The translations under genes were made by a program, and so were the position numbers. A stretch of DNA of 64,000 nt. Origin: the human T2T-CHM13v2.0 reference genome, Homo sapiens. The notes under the pieces were generated by a model. It worked only from the letters and a program-made list of their open reading frames with translations. It was not told the origin of the DNA and did not search any database. The stretch lies in assembly GCF_009914755.1 (NCBI RefSeq), contig NC_060939.1, one strand, 5' to 3'. Positions 26,336 through 37,873 of the stretch are shown piece after piece; positions within the stretch are counted from its first letter, which is position 1, and each line of letters opens with the position of its first letter.

Positions 26336-26559
26336 CTAGGAACCAGGAACAGCGACTTAGCATTTTACCTGCTCATAGTGAGAGTAGCTCACCTCTGTTG
26401 AGCCCTTACTTGATGTCTAGAGTCAGAGAAGATCATTATGCCACCACACGTCTGCGCTTCAAAATAAAAAAAAAAACTGTAAAACTTAAATATAAGGAAA
26501 TCTTATTAAATTTCAAATTTCCTCCTTCTAATTTTTGTTTTTATCAAACATAAAATTCT

Positions 26560-26860
<301 letters not shown>

Positions 26861-27290
26861 CATAAAAGTCTGTCAAATAATTCCCTCTTCCTCTCTCCCT
26901 GTCTGTGTGTCTCTCTCTCCCTGGCTTTTCTGGCTCCCTGAGGTGCACCCTAAGGTATGTGCTGGTGATCTTTCACGGTCTTCCACGCATTATCTCATCT
27001 CACCCCACAGTGACCTGATCAGGAGGGGGCTCTTACTGTCTCTGTTTCATAGCTGGGCTTCGAGAGGAACCCAGCTTGTGGGAGTCAGTCCCACAGCCAG
27101 TTGGTGAAAGGACCATGTTCATTCTTTCATACATTCCCTTGCACACAGCACAGACAGGCCAGGGCACAGAGACCCCCTACTGCTGAGAGTTTCTCTGACA
27201 GCCCCAGAGGAAGCATGCTCTACCCCAGGAACCCTTGCATGGGGGTCCAGCCCGTTCACAAGGGAGTGGCCAGGAGTCCCGGGCCTTCAC

Positions 27291-27427
27291 CTTGACCTGA
27301 CTTTGGATAAGGAAACGGAAGGCCTCATTCCACACAGGATGACTGGTGTCGGTGAGCGTCTTGGTCTTAAACTTCATTCCAGGTGCGGTCGACAGCTGTA
27401 GGATCACGTAAGGGTCGGCCTCACTCA
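27291..27427 (-). CDS. PLA2G4D: PLA2G4D exon 3 (SEADPYVILQL...HPVWNEAFRFLIQSQVK)
   Basis: C2 motifs DPYV and PVWNE in ORF 27177..27488; cag|TG and AAG|GTGAAG; 137 nt. Confidence 0.97.
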
Positions 27428-27618
27428 CTGCCAAGGTTAAGGAAGTCTTCGTGAGGGAGTACTCCCCACACCCCTCTCCATGAGCCATGCCAGTTTCCTA
27501 CCAAGACCCTGGCGGTCACCGCAGGTGACCCAGCCCAGCCCCAGGGCACTCGTCTTGGCCCTTCCTATGGGATCTGGTCCTCCCTGCTCCCGACAGAGCG
27601 CACAGGGCGGTTACTCAC

Positions 27619-27691
27619 ACAGGTCAGCCCAGCGCAGGTTCCGCGCCTCCAGGACCCTCACTGTGAGCTGCCAGCAGGTAGAGGCCTCCCC
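27619..27691 (-). CDS. PLA2G4D: PLA2G4D exon 2 (GEASTCWQLTVRVLEARNLRWADL), start of C2 domain
   Basis: Acceptor ttttctcttcag|GGG; donor T|GTGAGT; 73 nt. Confidence 0.96.
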
Positions 27692-30059
27692 CTGAAGAGA
27701 AAATCAAACTCCAGAGTCCTTCCTGCATTCCCTCCCTTATGCCTGGAGCTGCAGCCCGGGCTGCCGACACCCCTCACCACTCTCCTGGTACTTGGTGGTG
27801 CTGACACCCCTGCCAGGCGTTCCGGGGACACCCTCTGGGGACCAAAGAGCCTTTGTCCACTTCTGTTTTGGGGGTCATGGTTCTGGGCTGCAGCAGTCAG
27901 GGAATAGCAGCACACCCAGATGTGGAATTTGTGGAACCCCTTCCCCTTCGGGAACAGAGCAACATGGGTAGTGGACAGAGCAAGGAAGTGAGGGCCAAGG
28001 AGTGGCAACCACAGAGGTCAGTTAGATGTCAGCCATTCCCAGAGCTCCCAGGGAGGGCAGCCCTTTGGCAAAACAAGGGTTACCTTTGGTGACCCTGCTG
28101 CCAGCACTGCCCACCCCTCAGCCCTTCCGGACGGGAAGCAGGCATATGACTTAAGGGAGGGTGAGCCTCAGCAGCCCAGTCCACAGGTGCTACCCTGGAT
28201 CTCAGCTATCTGCACTGTAAGGGGTATGAATGAGGAAACTCCAAGAGCATCCAGCCATCACAGGGAGCAGTGGGTGCTGTGGGTGAAAGGCCACTGTGTA
28301 TTAAGATGCTGATGAGGCCACATCAGCCACAGACAGCCCAGGTGTGAGGGAGAAGCAGCTGAGTGGGCAGAAGCTGGAGGAGAAGATGAGCCGAGAGTAG
28401 GTGGCAGGAGGGAAAGCAGATGGCCAGAGGGGCGTGGCTGAGGCCTGCTGGGGTCAGAGCACTGGGGGTGTCCCCACACCCTACTGCTGAGGTCCCCGGC
28501 ACTGCCACGATCAGGAGGGCCCTGGAGTTTCTGTTCTTCCTGAGCCCTGCAGCACGGCTTTTTCTGGGCATCTGGCACAGGTTTCTTATAAGCCCCTTTG
28601 ATGTGAGGTTACTCAAATCGGTTTGGCAGGGCAAATGGCATTTTTTCCTGTGGGCTGACCCCAAGGAAGGCTGTTGGCCTTGCATCCTCTTGGAAGGGAG
28701 CCTTCCCAGGAGGACCACCTATGAGGCACGTGGCCCCAGCAGAAAGAGCCCATGTCCAGAGGGTCTGTTAGAACAGGGGCTGTCAGGAAGGAACACTGCC
28801 TGTGCCGGGGAGTGGGGCAGTGGGAGCCCCAGCCAGGAGGGGATCCTGCAGGGCCACAGCATGGCAGGACCCCCAGGAGGCACCAAGCACATGAAGGCCT
28901 ATGAAATGCTAACCCCAGGAGCCATGCAGTGTGGCGGCCCTGCTGAACAACCCAGAGACCACCTTCATTCCAGAAAAAAACCCGTGCTGGGGCTTCTGCC
29001 ATTCAGCGGCTCTGCCACCAGGTTAGACTCCCCATTAAGTAAGTACGATCTTCTCAGACCCTATGTCCCTTCACCCGCTCCTCCCCGACCCTGAGGGAGC
29101 CAAAAGCCAGTGCAGTGTTTGCACAGTGAACATTTGATATCGCATAGCTGGGAGACTGTTGTGATAAAACCAGAGGTGTTTCCTGCTTTGCGCTCTCCCG
29201 TGACCAGACCCACTTCCATGCATGTGGTTGGAAGTTCTCGGTGCCCACAAGGACTCGTACCCGCTCTGCACAGATGCTGCTTGCTAGGGGCTGGCTCAGC
29301 ACCCACGGGGACCTGAATCTCCACTCCCCACCAAAAACTGTAAAGGACCATGGGCCACAGCAAAGCCATATGCCTGGTGGCCCTGCCCCTGCATCTTTCC
29401 TCTCTGTGGTTCCATGCCAACGTCCTATCATTCCAGGCAGCTTCCCAGCAGAGCACATGTGACCTCCCCGAGCAAGGTAGATTTGTTTCTCTCTTCTTGG
29501 GGATTAACTCCAGTGGCACCAGCAACATGTCAACTCTATAAACCTTAAGCCTTATAGAGGTTGTCAGCAGCAGAGATTTCATGAACTTTGGGACATCTAG
29601 CTCCATTTCCTCCCCTCACTCAGATTCCACCACTGCCGGCCACAGGGAGGTGATGGCTGGGATGCTGGGGCCCTGCAGGGTATTGAGTTTGAATGTCCCG
29701 CTCCAAGACAAGACAGGTGAAGGGCAGAGGCAGCCCAGCCTCGCTCCCCTGCTCCCCCGGCCAGGCTGATACTCCACAGGTCCACAGCTTGTGGGCTGCT
29801 CTAAAGTCACTTGGGCTACTGAGAAGTGGCCCCAGTTACTCACTGTCTAGCCAGTCACCATCCCGGGTTTAAGCACTGTGGTTCATTTCTCCCTCCCATC
29901 ACTGAGAGCTTCTCAACCTCAGAAAGCCCACCATTCCCCGGCAGGTTATTTTCCCTAGAGAAAAATCCCGATTCTCTTCACCTCTAAGATCATCGCTAAC
30001 ATGGAGTGCCCAGAACATGGTATTATTGGGACAGTGATTACAATGACTGGTCTTTACGG

Positions 30060-30290
30060 GGGCTTAAAGGCAGACTCTGGAGCCAGGTTGTCTGGATTTA
30101 AACCCTGGCCCTGCCACTTACTTGCTGTGTGACCTTGGACAAGTCACTAAACTTCTCTGTGCCTCTGTTTCCTCATGTGTAGTGGAAATAATAGTTTTGA
30201 CCTCACATAGTATTCTGAGGCTTAAAATGTTAATGCCTGCAGACTGCTTAGGAATAAAGTAAGCAGTTTTTAGGTAACTGCTATTGCTAC
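30060..30290 (+). mobile_element. MIR
   Basis: ctgtgtgaccttggacaagtcactaaacttctctgtgcctctgtttcctc MIR core. Confidence 0.8.
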
Positions 30291-30361
30291 TACTGTTTAT
30301 TAAGTATTTGCCATGTTTTCAGGCACTGTGAATGTTGCAGATACCAGGATGAAATCACTTT

Positions 30362-31114
30362 TGTCAGACCCCGACAAATTAGGGCTGGGAACGCATGAAA
30401 GAGCAGAGCTCGTATTTACATGTCTGAGATGAGAGTTGTTTCCAAGGACTTCCTACAAACCCCACAGAAAACAGCTTCACATCCTTCATGCCAAAGTCCC
30501 TCTTTGACAGGAAGAGGGAAATGAGCAGACCCGCCCTGTTCCCTGCTAGCACCGGTGCCCTGTGGTGGGGTAATGCAGGAGGTCAGAGAGAAGAGGAGTG
30601 GAACACCTGGGCACAGCCCCTGGTCCTGGGGACTCAGTCCTGTGAATGCCGGCTGGAGGTGAGGCAGTTTCCAGTTGTGGGGCAGACTCAGGCTCCCAAA
30701 TCGCTGACACTTAGGCTTTTGTTTTACCTGGGAGCTAGACCTAGAGGAGGCTGAGGGAAAAGGGGGAAGGGGTACAGCCTTCGCCAGGGAGATGAGTTGA
30801 CAAGGTTCATCACTAGACATCCATTAGGACTGCAATAATTCAGATAAGATGCTCTCAGAAAACACGTGCCCAGTAACAGCATCTCCACCAATGAACTGAC
30901 AACTCTGGCTTTGAGCTCTGGAACCAATGAACTCTGTTTCCAAGCAGTTTCTGTGAGCCTCCCCCTTTTTTCCAGTAAAAGCTTCCCTTTCCCCTTCCCT
31001 CACAATTGCCCTGGCGGCCTGTCATTCGACACATTCCGAGCCACAGTCATTTCTCATTCCAGAGTAAACACAACATAGAGATCATTTTCTCTCGTGTCTT
31101 TCTGTAGGGTGACA
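30362..31114 (+). mobile_element. Old ERV1-class solo LTR (MER72/MER89-like) interrupted by the 291-bp local duplication
   Basis: TGTCA...TGACA termini, CCAAT boxes, LTR-like 3' end; subfamily uncertain. Confidence 0.6.
30508..30798 (+). repeat. Local duplication of 32883-32995 joined to 33211-33388
   Basis: Ungapped hand alignment: 10/113 and 14/178 mismatches (~92% identity). Confidence 0.95.
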
Positions 31115-31141
31115 ATACTGTACTAACCATATTACCTACCG

Positions 31142-32145
31142 TGTGGGTGGCAAGCCACCCAGGCGCCGAGGCAAGAGACCGAGGATACAAGCTGTTCCAG
31201 TATAATAAAATATAAAACAAGAATAGTTATACCAGATATAGATCTTAGATACGATTATATATGAATATCATTAATCATTAGTTTGTAGCAATTACTCTTC
31301 AGTCCAATATTATAATAATCCTCGCTCTATAATCATAACCTAGGAAAAACCAGGCCATACAGAGATAGGAGCTGAGGGGACACAGTGAGAAGTGACCAGA
31401 AGACAAGAGTGCGAGCCTTCTGTTATGCCCAGACAGGGCCACCAGAAGGGCTCCTTGGTCTAGCGGTGACGCCAGCGTCTGGGAAGATGCCTGTTGCCAG
31501 GCGGACCATGGTCTAGCGGTAGCGAAAAGTGTCAAGGAAAAACATCTGCTACTTAGCAGACCGGGAAAGGGAGTCTCCCTTTCCCCGGGGGGAGTTAGAG
31601 AAGACTCTACTCCTCCACCTCTTGTGGAGGGCCTGACGTTAGGCTCGCCCGCAGTTACCTGGAGGCCTAACCATCTCCCTGTGATGCTGTGCTTCAGTAG
31701 TCACGCTCCTAGTCTGCCTTCATGTTCCATCCTGTACACCTGGCTCTGCCTTCTAGATAGCAGTAGTCAATTAGTGAAAGTACTAATAGTCTCTGATATG
31801 CAGAAATAATGGCGTAAGCTGTCTTTCTCTTTGTCTCCTCTCTCTCTCTGCCTCGGCTACCAGGCAGGGAAGGGCCCCCTGTCCAGTGGACACGTGACCC
31901 ACGTGACCTTACCTATCATTGAAGATGACTCACACGCTCTACCCTGCCCCTTTTGCTTTGTATCCAATAAACAACAGCACAGCCAGACATTCAGGGCCAC
32001 TACCGGTCTCCGCGCATTGGTGGCAGTGGTCCCCCGGGCCCAGCTGCCTTTTCTTTTATCTCTTTGTCTTGTGTCTTTATTTCTAAACTCTCTCGTCACC
32101 GCACACGGGGAGAGACCCACCGACCCTGTGGGGCTGGTCCCTACA
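31142..32145 (+). mobile_element. Full-length solo LTR13 (HERV-K13/HML-4) in intron 1, antisense to PLA2G4D
   Basis: Begins TGTGGGTGGCAAGCCACCCAGGCGCCGAGGCAAGAGAC and ends GCTGGTCCCTACA; 1004 bp; 6-bp TSD CTACCG/CTACTG; AATAAA ~31966. Confidence 0.88.
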
Positions 32146-34406
32146 CTACTGTAACTTTATTTATCCTCCCACAGCTTCAAAAGACAGTACTCCCATTTCC
32201 TCCCATTTTCTACATGAGGGAATTGAGGCTCAGAGAGGCTAACTTGCCCAAGGTCACAGAGTTAGCAGGGACAGAGTTAGAATTCAAACTTCCAGGCCAG
32301 AGCTCACAACCCCCGTCTATTCTACCTTCCCAGGACTTTTGCTTCTTTGGAAAAGCATGCAACTCTTCCCTCATTGCCCCACGGATATCTAGGATATCTA
32401 GACACTAGATTTTCATAGATTTGTCTAATTTGACTAACAGATATTCATAGATTTGTCACAGATTTGACTAATATGATTACTGAGATAACCGACACTTTAA
32501 CTGATATGAATCTTTTCCCCTGAGGGCATAGGGGCGTCACATTCCCTTCTGAAAGCTCCTCCCATCTGAAATACCTCCTTAATTGATGACTAACCCGGAG
32601 GCTTCTGGAGGAAATTCGTCAGCCCAGTCACCTGTAGGATCCCCCGAATGCCTCCCTGCTGAGGGTCTCAGCCACTCTGAACCTTGCGCAGGGACCCCAG
32701 AGGCTCTGGGCCATCCTTCTTCCGGTGGAGAGGCCCAGGGCACACGTTTGCCAGGAAGTTTTGTGAGAGGCTCTGTGCTGCCCCGTGCCCATCTTGGGAG
32801 ATGTGGCCCAAGAGAGCTTAAGGGGGTTGGGTCTCCCCAGCTGGGGTCCAGAGTATCCTTGCCCGTGATCCTGGGTGTTCGGCAGGAAGAGAGAAATGAG
32901 CAGACCCACCCTGTCGTCTGCTGGCACTGGCGCCCTGTGGTGGGGCAATGCAGGAGGTCAGAGAGAAGAGGAGTGGAACCCCTGGGCACAGCCCCAGGCC
33001 CTGCACCTCCCTCAGGCTGGGCTGAGTCTCCTGGACCACACGGCAGGCACGTTCCAGAACAGGTCCCGGATGGCCAGCCTAGCCTGCTGGCCCAGGTCCC
33101 GCTCTGGGGCAGGTTCCAGGCCCCTGTTCCAGCAGAAATGAGGCTAGGCTAAACCGCTGCTGAAGCTTGCCAACCACAGGAACCGACTTGAAGGCTGGAG
33201 CTTGAGGACCTGGTCCTGGGGACTCAGTCCTGTGAATGCCAGCTGGAGGCGAGGTGCTTTCCAGGTGTGGGGCCGACTGAGGCTCCCAAATTGCTGACAC
33301 TTAGGCTTTTGTTTTACCCAGGAGCTAGACCTAGAGCAGGCTGAGGGAAAAGGGGAAAGGGGCACAGCCTTCGCCAGGGAGATGAGTTTAAAGGGGGAAA
33401 TATTCCAGAAGCCTCCACAATGGGCCGTTCTGGGCTCAGGGCTCCTGATGGGACGGGTGGTGGAGCCAGGGCCGCCAGCCCCTCCACTGGCCTGCATCCG
33501 TGGACTCCCCCGCATCCAAATGTCCGCTGATGTCTGACTCGTGGGTGGATCCACCTGACCTCAGGCTGGGGCAACAGTGTGGTCCTTCACTGAGGGGTCC
33601 CTCTCATCTTCCCCCAGGGCTCCTTAGTGTCTGCCCTGCCCCAGGCTGAGCCTCTTCCAGGAGCACCAGTCTGGAGCTGCTTGTCTGGATCCAGCTTGGG
33701 CCTGGGTCTCAGGGCCACAGCTCTAGAAGCCCAGCGAGGTCTGCATATGAGGCAAAGGACCTCAGGACAGTGACCTTGACACACTTAGCCTCATTCCTGG
33801 CCACCACCTGGGGCACCGGGGGGAGACCTCAGGAGCCAGCTCTGCTGGCCTTGGTCCCTGGCAGAGGATGAAAACTCTGGGCTTTGGAGAAACACATGAC
33901 AGAGGGTGGGGGGGTGGCGAGAAGTTTGCAGGCCTCCTTGGCCTGGATGCAGCCCCACAGCTCTTGGGCCTACTAAATACTTGGCAGTGGATGGGGATTT
34001 GGGCCCCCAGAGCTCTGGAGACACACAGGGTGATCCCAGGGCTCCAGCCAGTTCTGGGAAGTCTGCCGGCCTGTGGTGGTGGGGCTGTGGGCCTGGTGGG
34101 TCTCCTTTTGTGACACACCCAGCCACTATGTTCTCCGATGATGGTGGGGGAGAGGTCCCTAAGGACACTGCTGTGGTCGCTGGTGGTGGGGAGAGGAAGC
34201 TCTGCTGACCAGACTCACGTTTCCCAGCCCCCGCATCTACGGATGCTGCTCACCCACCCCACCCACTCTGCATCCCAAATCTCAGACTCCCTCGCCCTCT
34301 GGCCCAGTCTGAAATCACCCTGATTCCAGCTATCACACTTCCCAGAATGCACCCTGGCTCCAGGCCTGCCCTGACTGGTGCCCACATGCTCTGCAGACAC
34401 TGTTAC

Positions 34407-34451
34407 CTGGTAAGGGTGGCCAGGTGGTCCCCCAGGTGACAGGCTCTCCAT
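34407..34451 (-). CDS. PLA2G4D: PLA2G4D exon 1 coding part (MESLSPGGPPGHPYQ)
   Basis: ATG in AGCATGG context at 34449-34451; donor CAG|GTAACA; 45 nt. Confidence 0.96.
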
Positions 34452-34830
34452 GCTAGCCCTTCCAGCTTCACTCCAGGCCCAGCCCTTGCCAAGATGCTGG
34501 CTCTCTGGCTGAGTGGCAGCGACGGTCCCAGTGGGATAGGACCAGCATGAATCTGCCAGCCTTCAATGAGCCACGATCCTATAAACAGGTTGGGGCTCCA
34601 CCCCCAGGTCGCTCCTTCAGCCCTGCACCTGCCCCTCTTCCCCAAGAGGCTGGGTCAACCAGCATCTCCAGAAACCTCTGGCAGGGCTCCAGGACCTGCA
34701 GGCGGAGCACCTCTTCCAGACCTGGAGTTTCAGGACAGAAGATGCAGCCAGGGGGAGGCAGACGAGTCCCAGGAGTGGTGGCAGGAAGCTGGTTCCCCTG
34801 AGGCTGAGGGCAGAGGATGGGGTGGGGGTA
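34452..34830 (-). promoter_or_regulatory. PLA2G4D: PLA2G4D 5'UTR and core promoter (TATA-like TTTATA 34580-34585, GRHL-like AACCTGTT 34584-34591, CACCC box ~34819-34828)
   Basis: Motifs lie ~130 nt upstream of the ATG; a TSS near 34550 is inferred from TATA spacing; not a CpG island. Confidence 0.55.
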
Positions 34831-35484
34831 GAGCTGAGGAAACCCCCAGCTCCACTGGAGCCAGGGCCAGCCTCTAGAGGAGGAGGGCTGAGCACCTGAG
34901 ACTAGGCAAGGAGCCAGCCCTCCTGGGCAGCTCTGTGCAGCAGGGAGTTCAGGGGATGAAAACAAGAGCAGTCGTGGTGACAGGCCCGGGCTAGTGCATC
35001 CTCCTCACCTGACCTGAGCAAGCTCCAGGGAGCAGCACAGGGGTCTGGACATTCCCCACCACAAGCCCCTCACCTCCATGCGGCGGGCCCTAAGAATTTA
35101 GGGGATTTCAATTAGACTTTGTAATAAAAGTAAAAGAGACCAATCAGGAGATTCTTAGGTTATGAAAATTGTAGAAGTAAACTTTGTGAAGCCACCTCAC
35201 CGCTTAAAGCATTCAGTGTACACATTAGCACTGAACGCTCTCCTAAAATGACATGAATTCAGTCATTTTACCATCAATTCTGTAAACAGTTGAACAGCGA
35301 TGATGTTGTTTTTCAAAGCAAATGAAACTGAGTTAATCTTAAAATACTACAAGTGGATCTAAAATGTATTATTTCAGAGTTGGCCAAAACAGGAATCTAA
35401 TGGTCTATGAACAAGTAAACATTATTTGGGTGGAAATATCTGTCATTTGCATGATATAAAATTTAATAAAAAAATGAATGTAGT

Positions 35485-35780
<296 letters not shown>

Positions 35781-36264
35781 GGGTGGGGGGGAAAGAAGTA
35801 AATGTAATATGTAGAAAACTACAAAGAACAAGTCATTTCAAGTGGGTCACAGACAAAGCAATACAGAATCACCCAGCTGGTGACTGGAAAGGCTGGGATT
35901 GTACTGTCTGTCCTGAAGCCCACCCACCAGAACTTCCCTGGTCCTTGGTGGCCTCCATTGTTTAGGCCCGTTCCAGAGGAATCCTGGGACCTTAGGAGTC
36001 CTGATTAACCTCCCTGCCCCTGTCATCCCCATACGCCCGCCGGGATCCGCTGGGGGAACCTAGGGAGGCAGAGCCGCAGCAACACGTTCCTTGAGGTGAC
36101 CCCAGCCCCAGCGCCCCACTCCAGTACGGGAGGGCCAGACACCCCCTCACCCCCAGAAGACAGCTGGCTGTGCCTGGAGGAGGACGTGGTGCTCAGTTTC
36201 CCCACCTGTGCAATGATGGTGTGGTAGATGCTGGGCCTGGTGAAAACTACGAAATTCCTAATTC

Positions 36265-36890
36265 AGAGATTCTTAATTTGGGTCTAGGGTCCATGGATGG
36301 GAATTAGGATACTTTTAACCGTCCCTGAAATTGTATACAAAATTATGTGACTATGTATGCATGTGTGAATGTTTCCAGAGAAGGGGTCTAGAACAGCACA
36401 GTCCAGTATGTGACTATGTATGCATGTGTGAATGTTTCCAGAGAAGGGGTCTAGAACAGCACAGTCCAGTATGTGACTATGTATGCATGTGTGAATGTTT
36501 CTAGAGAAGGGGTCTAGAACAGCACTGTCCAGTAGGAATGTTCTGGGAGCTCTGCAGATGTTGTATTAAACTTTCTAGTGGCCACAAAAAAAGAGGTAAA
36601 ATGATACAGGTGAAATTAATATATATTTAGCCCAATAATCTAAGGTATTGTCAATTCAACATGTAATCAACATATAAAATTATTAAGGAGATATTTTGCT
36701 TTTTTTCATACTAAGACTTCAAAATCCACTGTGTGTTTTATGCTTGCAGCACATCTTAGTTCAGCCCAGCCGCATTTCCAGAGTCCAGCAGTTGCATGTG
36801 TCTAGAGCCTACCTTACCAGAGAGCTCAGGTCTATAGCTTTAATCAGATTCTCAAAAAGAGTTTGAAAAAGATGGAAAACCATTGCTCGA
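36265..36890. mobile_element. MER103-like hAT element with a nested MER33-like MITE (~36520-36829)
   Basis: Outer ends cagagattcttaat / aaaaccattg; nested CAGCACTGTCCAG with TSD GTCTAGAA/GTCTATAG. Confidence 0.65.
36344..36534. repeat. Tandem repeat, 3 x 63 bp
   Basis: Units start at 36344, 36407 and 36470; units 1 and 2 identical, unit 3 differs at 2 sites. Confidence 0.95.
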
Positions 36891-37873
36891 TGGGTCACAC
36901 GTGGATACCCCCCACTTGAAGAGAGCCGCAGGGTTCTGCATGGACGAGAGGAAATATTTAGGATGCTCCCATCACAGTTTCCATGAATTATGTGCCAAGA
37001 CCTAGGGTTTTGACACATGGTGGAGACCCAAGGTGGGAAGGGGGAAGGACACGGAGCAGGGAAGCACAGTGGCTGGCCTCGGACTGAGGTCCTAAAGATC
37101 TCCCCACTCCAACCCTCCAAGGGCTATGAATAGGCAGCTGGGAATAGGGATCAGACCAAGACAAAGGTCAGGACAAGAAGACAGAAGACAGGTAGAGGTG
37201 ACCTGGAGGCAGTCAGCCTGGAACAGGGCTGGCAGGCACAGCGGGGCTGGGCTGAGGCCACATGCTGCTCACCCAGGCCACGGGTGGAGGGTCCTTAAAG
37301 GAGGGCCATGCCTAGAGAGCCCATCAGAGCAGACCTGACCTAAGCAGCCATGCTGGAGGAAGTCTTGGGCGCCATGTTTTCCACTCTCTCATCCCTCTCC
37401 CTTGCTGGGCATCCTTGCCACCACTGTCTCTTCTCAACGTTTACTCTATACTCACAGAAAATGAACATCTATTTTTTCATTTGGCACTCAAGGCTCCTTT
37501 AATTTCCCCAGATTTTCTCTGGAAACCAGCCCTCCCCGACTCTCTTCCCCCTTGGTTTGGGTGCTGTTGACTCCACCTCCAGCTGCAAGAACACAGCATG
37601 TGGTCCAAAGCTGGCCAGTCAGTTCCTGGAAGCTTTCTAACCAAGGCATTTGGTTCATTGGACTCAGGACTCTGGCTGGTGCAATCACAATAAATGCTGG
37701 TGCATGAAGTTCTAAGAAAGACACTTTGTCTTTCCTGCTGGGCAGAACTTGGGAGCATATGAAGCTGGGGCTGCTAAATGTATCCATCTTGCCACCATGA
37801 GAGGAAAATTTGTCAGGAAAATGGAGCCAGTAATAATAAACACCTATATAACTAATACTTCCTATGTGCCAGG

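Noticed and set aside
28420-29094. 224-aa plus-strand ORF, and similar 150-200 aa ORFs at 10000, 24904, 29061 and 32583
   Set aside because: GC-rich intronic or antisense sequence with no domain similarity or supporting gene structure.
32996-33210. Idea that the 215 bp missing from the local duplicate was a spliced-out intron (RNA intermediate)
   Set aside because: No GT-AG on the plus strand; the nearest minus-strand GT...AG would leave extra bases not seen in the copy; no polyA tail.
36344-36534. Possible CRISPR-like array
   Set aside because: Head-to-tail units without unique spacers, in human DNA; an ordinary minisatellite.
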